A stretch of DNA of 60,929 nt, counting the filler, from Basidiobolus meristosporus CBS 931.73 (taxonomy: Eukaryota; Fungi; Basidiobolomycota), in the NCBI GenBank assembly GCA_002104905.1. It is 4 parts of 4 records of this genome, joined end to end, with 100 filler letters (N's around TTAATTAATTAA, not from the genome) between each part and the next. Parts side by side here need not be neighbours in the genome. Positions count along the whole stretch, not along the records: positions 42,872 to 60,929 come from MCFE01001075.1; 3 more parts are not named here. One strand, 5' to 3'. The translations under genes and the position numbers were made by a program. This document shows, in pieces, positions 59,683-60,929 of the stretch; position 1 is the stretch's first letter, and each line of letters starts with the position of its first letter. The notes beneath the pieces are model-generated. The model made no database searches. It saw only the letters and a program-made list of their open reading frames with translations, and was not told the DNA's origin.

Positions 59683-60929
59683 AGTCTAGTGTAAATATGG
59701 GTTCATCGAAATGTGTGTGAATGTGTAGCAAGATTTGGGAATTTGGGTTGGCTTTTATACGATCCAGGACTGAATTGAATATATTTACAGAACGAGTTAA
59801 GGCACATCCACCCAGCCATCCTCCGGCTGTGTTACATGCTCTCCCCTCACCCTCAAACTCAATCAGTTCTAAAATAAGCCGATATAAAAAGCAACAGCAT
59901 CCGCGCAGGATGATTGGTCGGAAGCAATAATAACAAAAGAATTAAACTAAATTAGATTGCCATTCGCAGGCATTCACTGGCATTCACTGATTAGATACCA
60001 GCCATTCAACGAGCCATTCAACCAATTTTCAGATCCTTGTCCTCCTTAACCGGACAGGCATAGTCATGTATCGCTTCTATATGGGTCATAGAATACGAAT
60101 CGATATCTAATGATATTCCATACGTGAAAGCCACCTAATCACACAAACCTCACCAAAACTGCCCACTTCGTTCCATGCACGAATCTGCAAGCGGATAATT
60201 ATTTTCTACATTTGCGAAGCTTAGGGGTGGCCAAATCGAAAACGGAAGGCATCAGGTAAATCACAATGTAAAACGATCTCGATCCCGAGTCTCACCTGCC
60301 CAATAGGCTCCATGGATGAAACCAGAGGTGAGAGATGGGACTTTGGCTGAGTTTTGGCAAATGGAATCCCAGTGGGTGACTGGCCTAGAAGTCGTGGATA
60401 TTCCACGAGGTCAGCCCTGGAAGATTTGGCGATGATATGAACTTTATTTATCGATGAATCATCACCAAACATCTCCATTAATTCTCACTCGCCAATTGAT
60501 TAGAGTTTCAGCATGTATCCCCCTGATACACGCGAGTTCTGGTGTGCGATGTTGTTATGCACCTTCCTAGTGAAAGGCCAAGCCCAACTCGTCAACCACC
60601 AAGTCGTATTTGGGTGGTGGCATCGCGAAAGGAATTCCCGAAATCATTGCGTTTAGTTTAATTGAATTCCTATTTCCTTAGGAAGGTGCATGATTGTCGT
60701 AGGCATTTCTGGAAATCCCGTTTCATCCTGATGTCAAACGTCCAGCAGATGTGGCATCTTGTATCATTTGCTAACCGTTTGATCACTTCCCTTTGTTCTC
60801 ACTACCCTGTACGATCCGTTGAAATGCTTGTCAATAAACATGCATCACGTTCAAGCAATATTTTATTCATGCTGAATACATGTTACACATGAACGAATCA
60901 GCTCACCATGTAGATTGCTCGATTCTCGG

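Noticed and set aside
60221-60478. 85-aa minus-strand ORF and other short ORFs at 57.9-58.6 kb and 18.7-19.3 kb
   Set aside because: They have no recognisable motifs or splice-consistent extension and are treated as intergenic/UTR.

Overview
Fungal genomic DNA with short GT-AG introns and TTAGGG telomeric repeats; the gene style suggests an early-diverging fungus (inference). The window is four contigs (1-10046, 10147-24932, 25033-42771, 42872-60929) joined by N-gaps that carry an artificial TTAATTAATTAA linker. Contig 1 is a nest of CpG-depleted Ty3/gypsy and Ty1/copia elements ending in an NKAP 3' fragment. Contig 2 is a housekeeping block: RPL3, VMA10, an E2, an internally deleted NAT3/NAA20, GCV1, PEX4, an alpha-arrestin, a fatty acyl-CoA synthetase, TDP1 and a ketopantoate reductase 3' end. 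Contig 3 has a gypsy element whose pol frame continues about 430 codons past the integrase, decayed copia copies, and a divergent P450/ERG24-like pair. It ends in the most striking structure: a head-to-tail array of 5'-truncated non-LTR retroelements, each starting (on +) at TTAGGG repeats with a conserved 3' hairpin module, which is the geometry of telomere-primed retrotransposition. Contig 4 holds a Gly/Pro/Arg/aromatic tandem-repeat protein, a secreted double 8-Cys protein, a BBE/AA7 oxidase, a frameshifted CorA transporter, a Zn2Cys6 transcription factor, an F-box/LRR protein and a PHO80/PCL cyclin. All calls come from manual reading and motif recognition; no searches were run.
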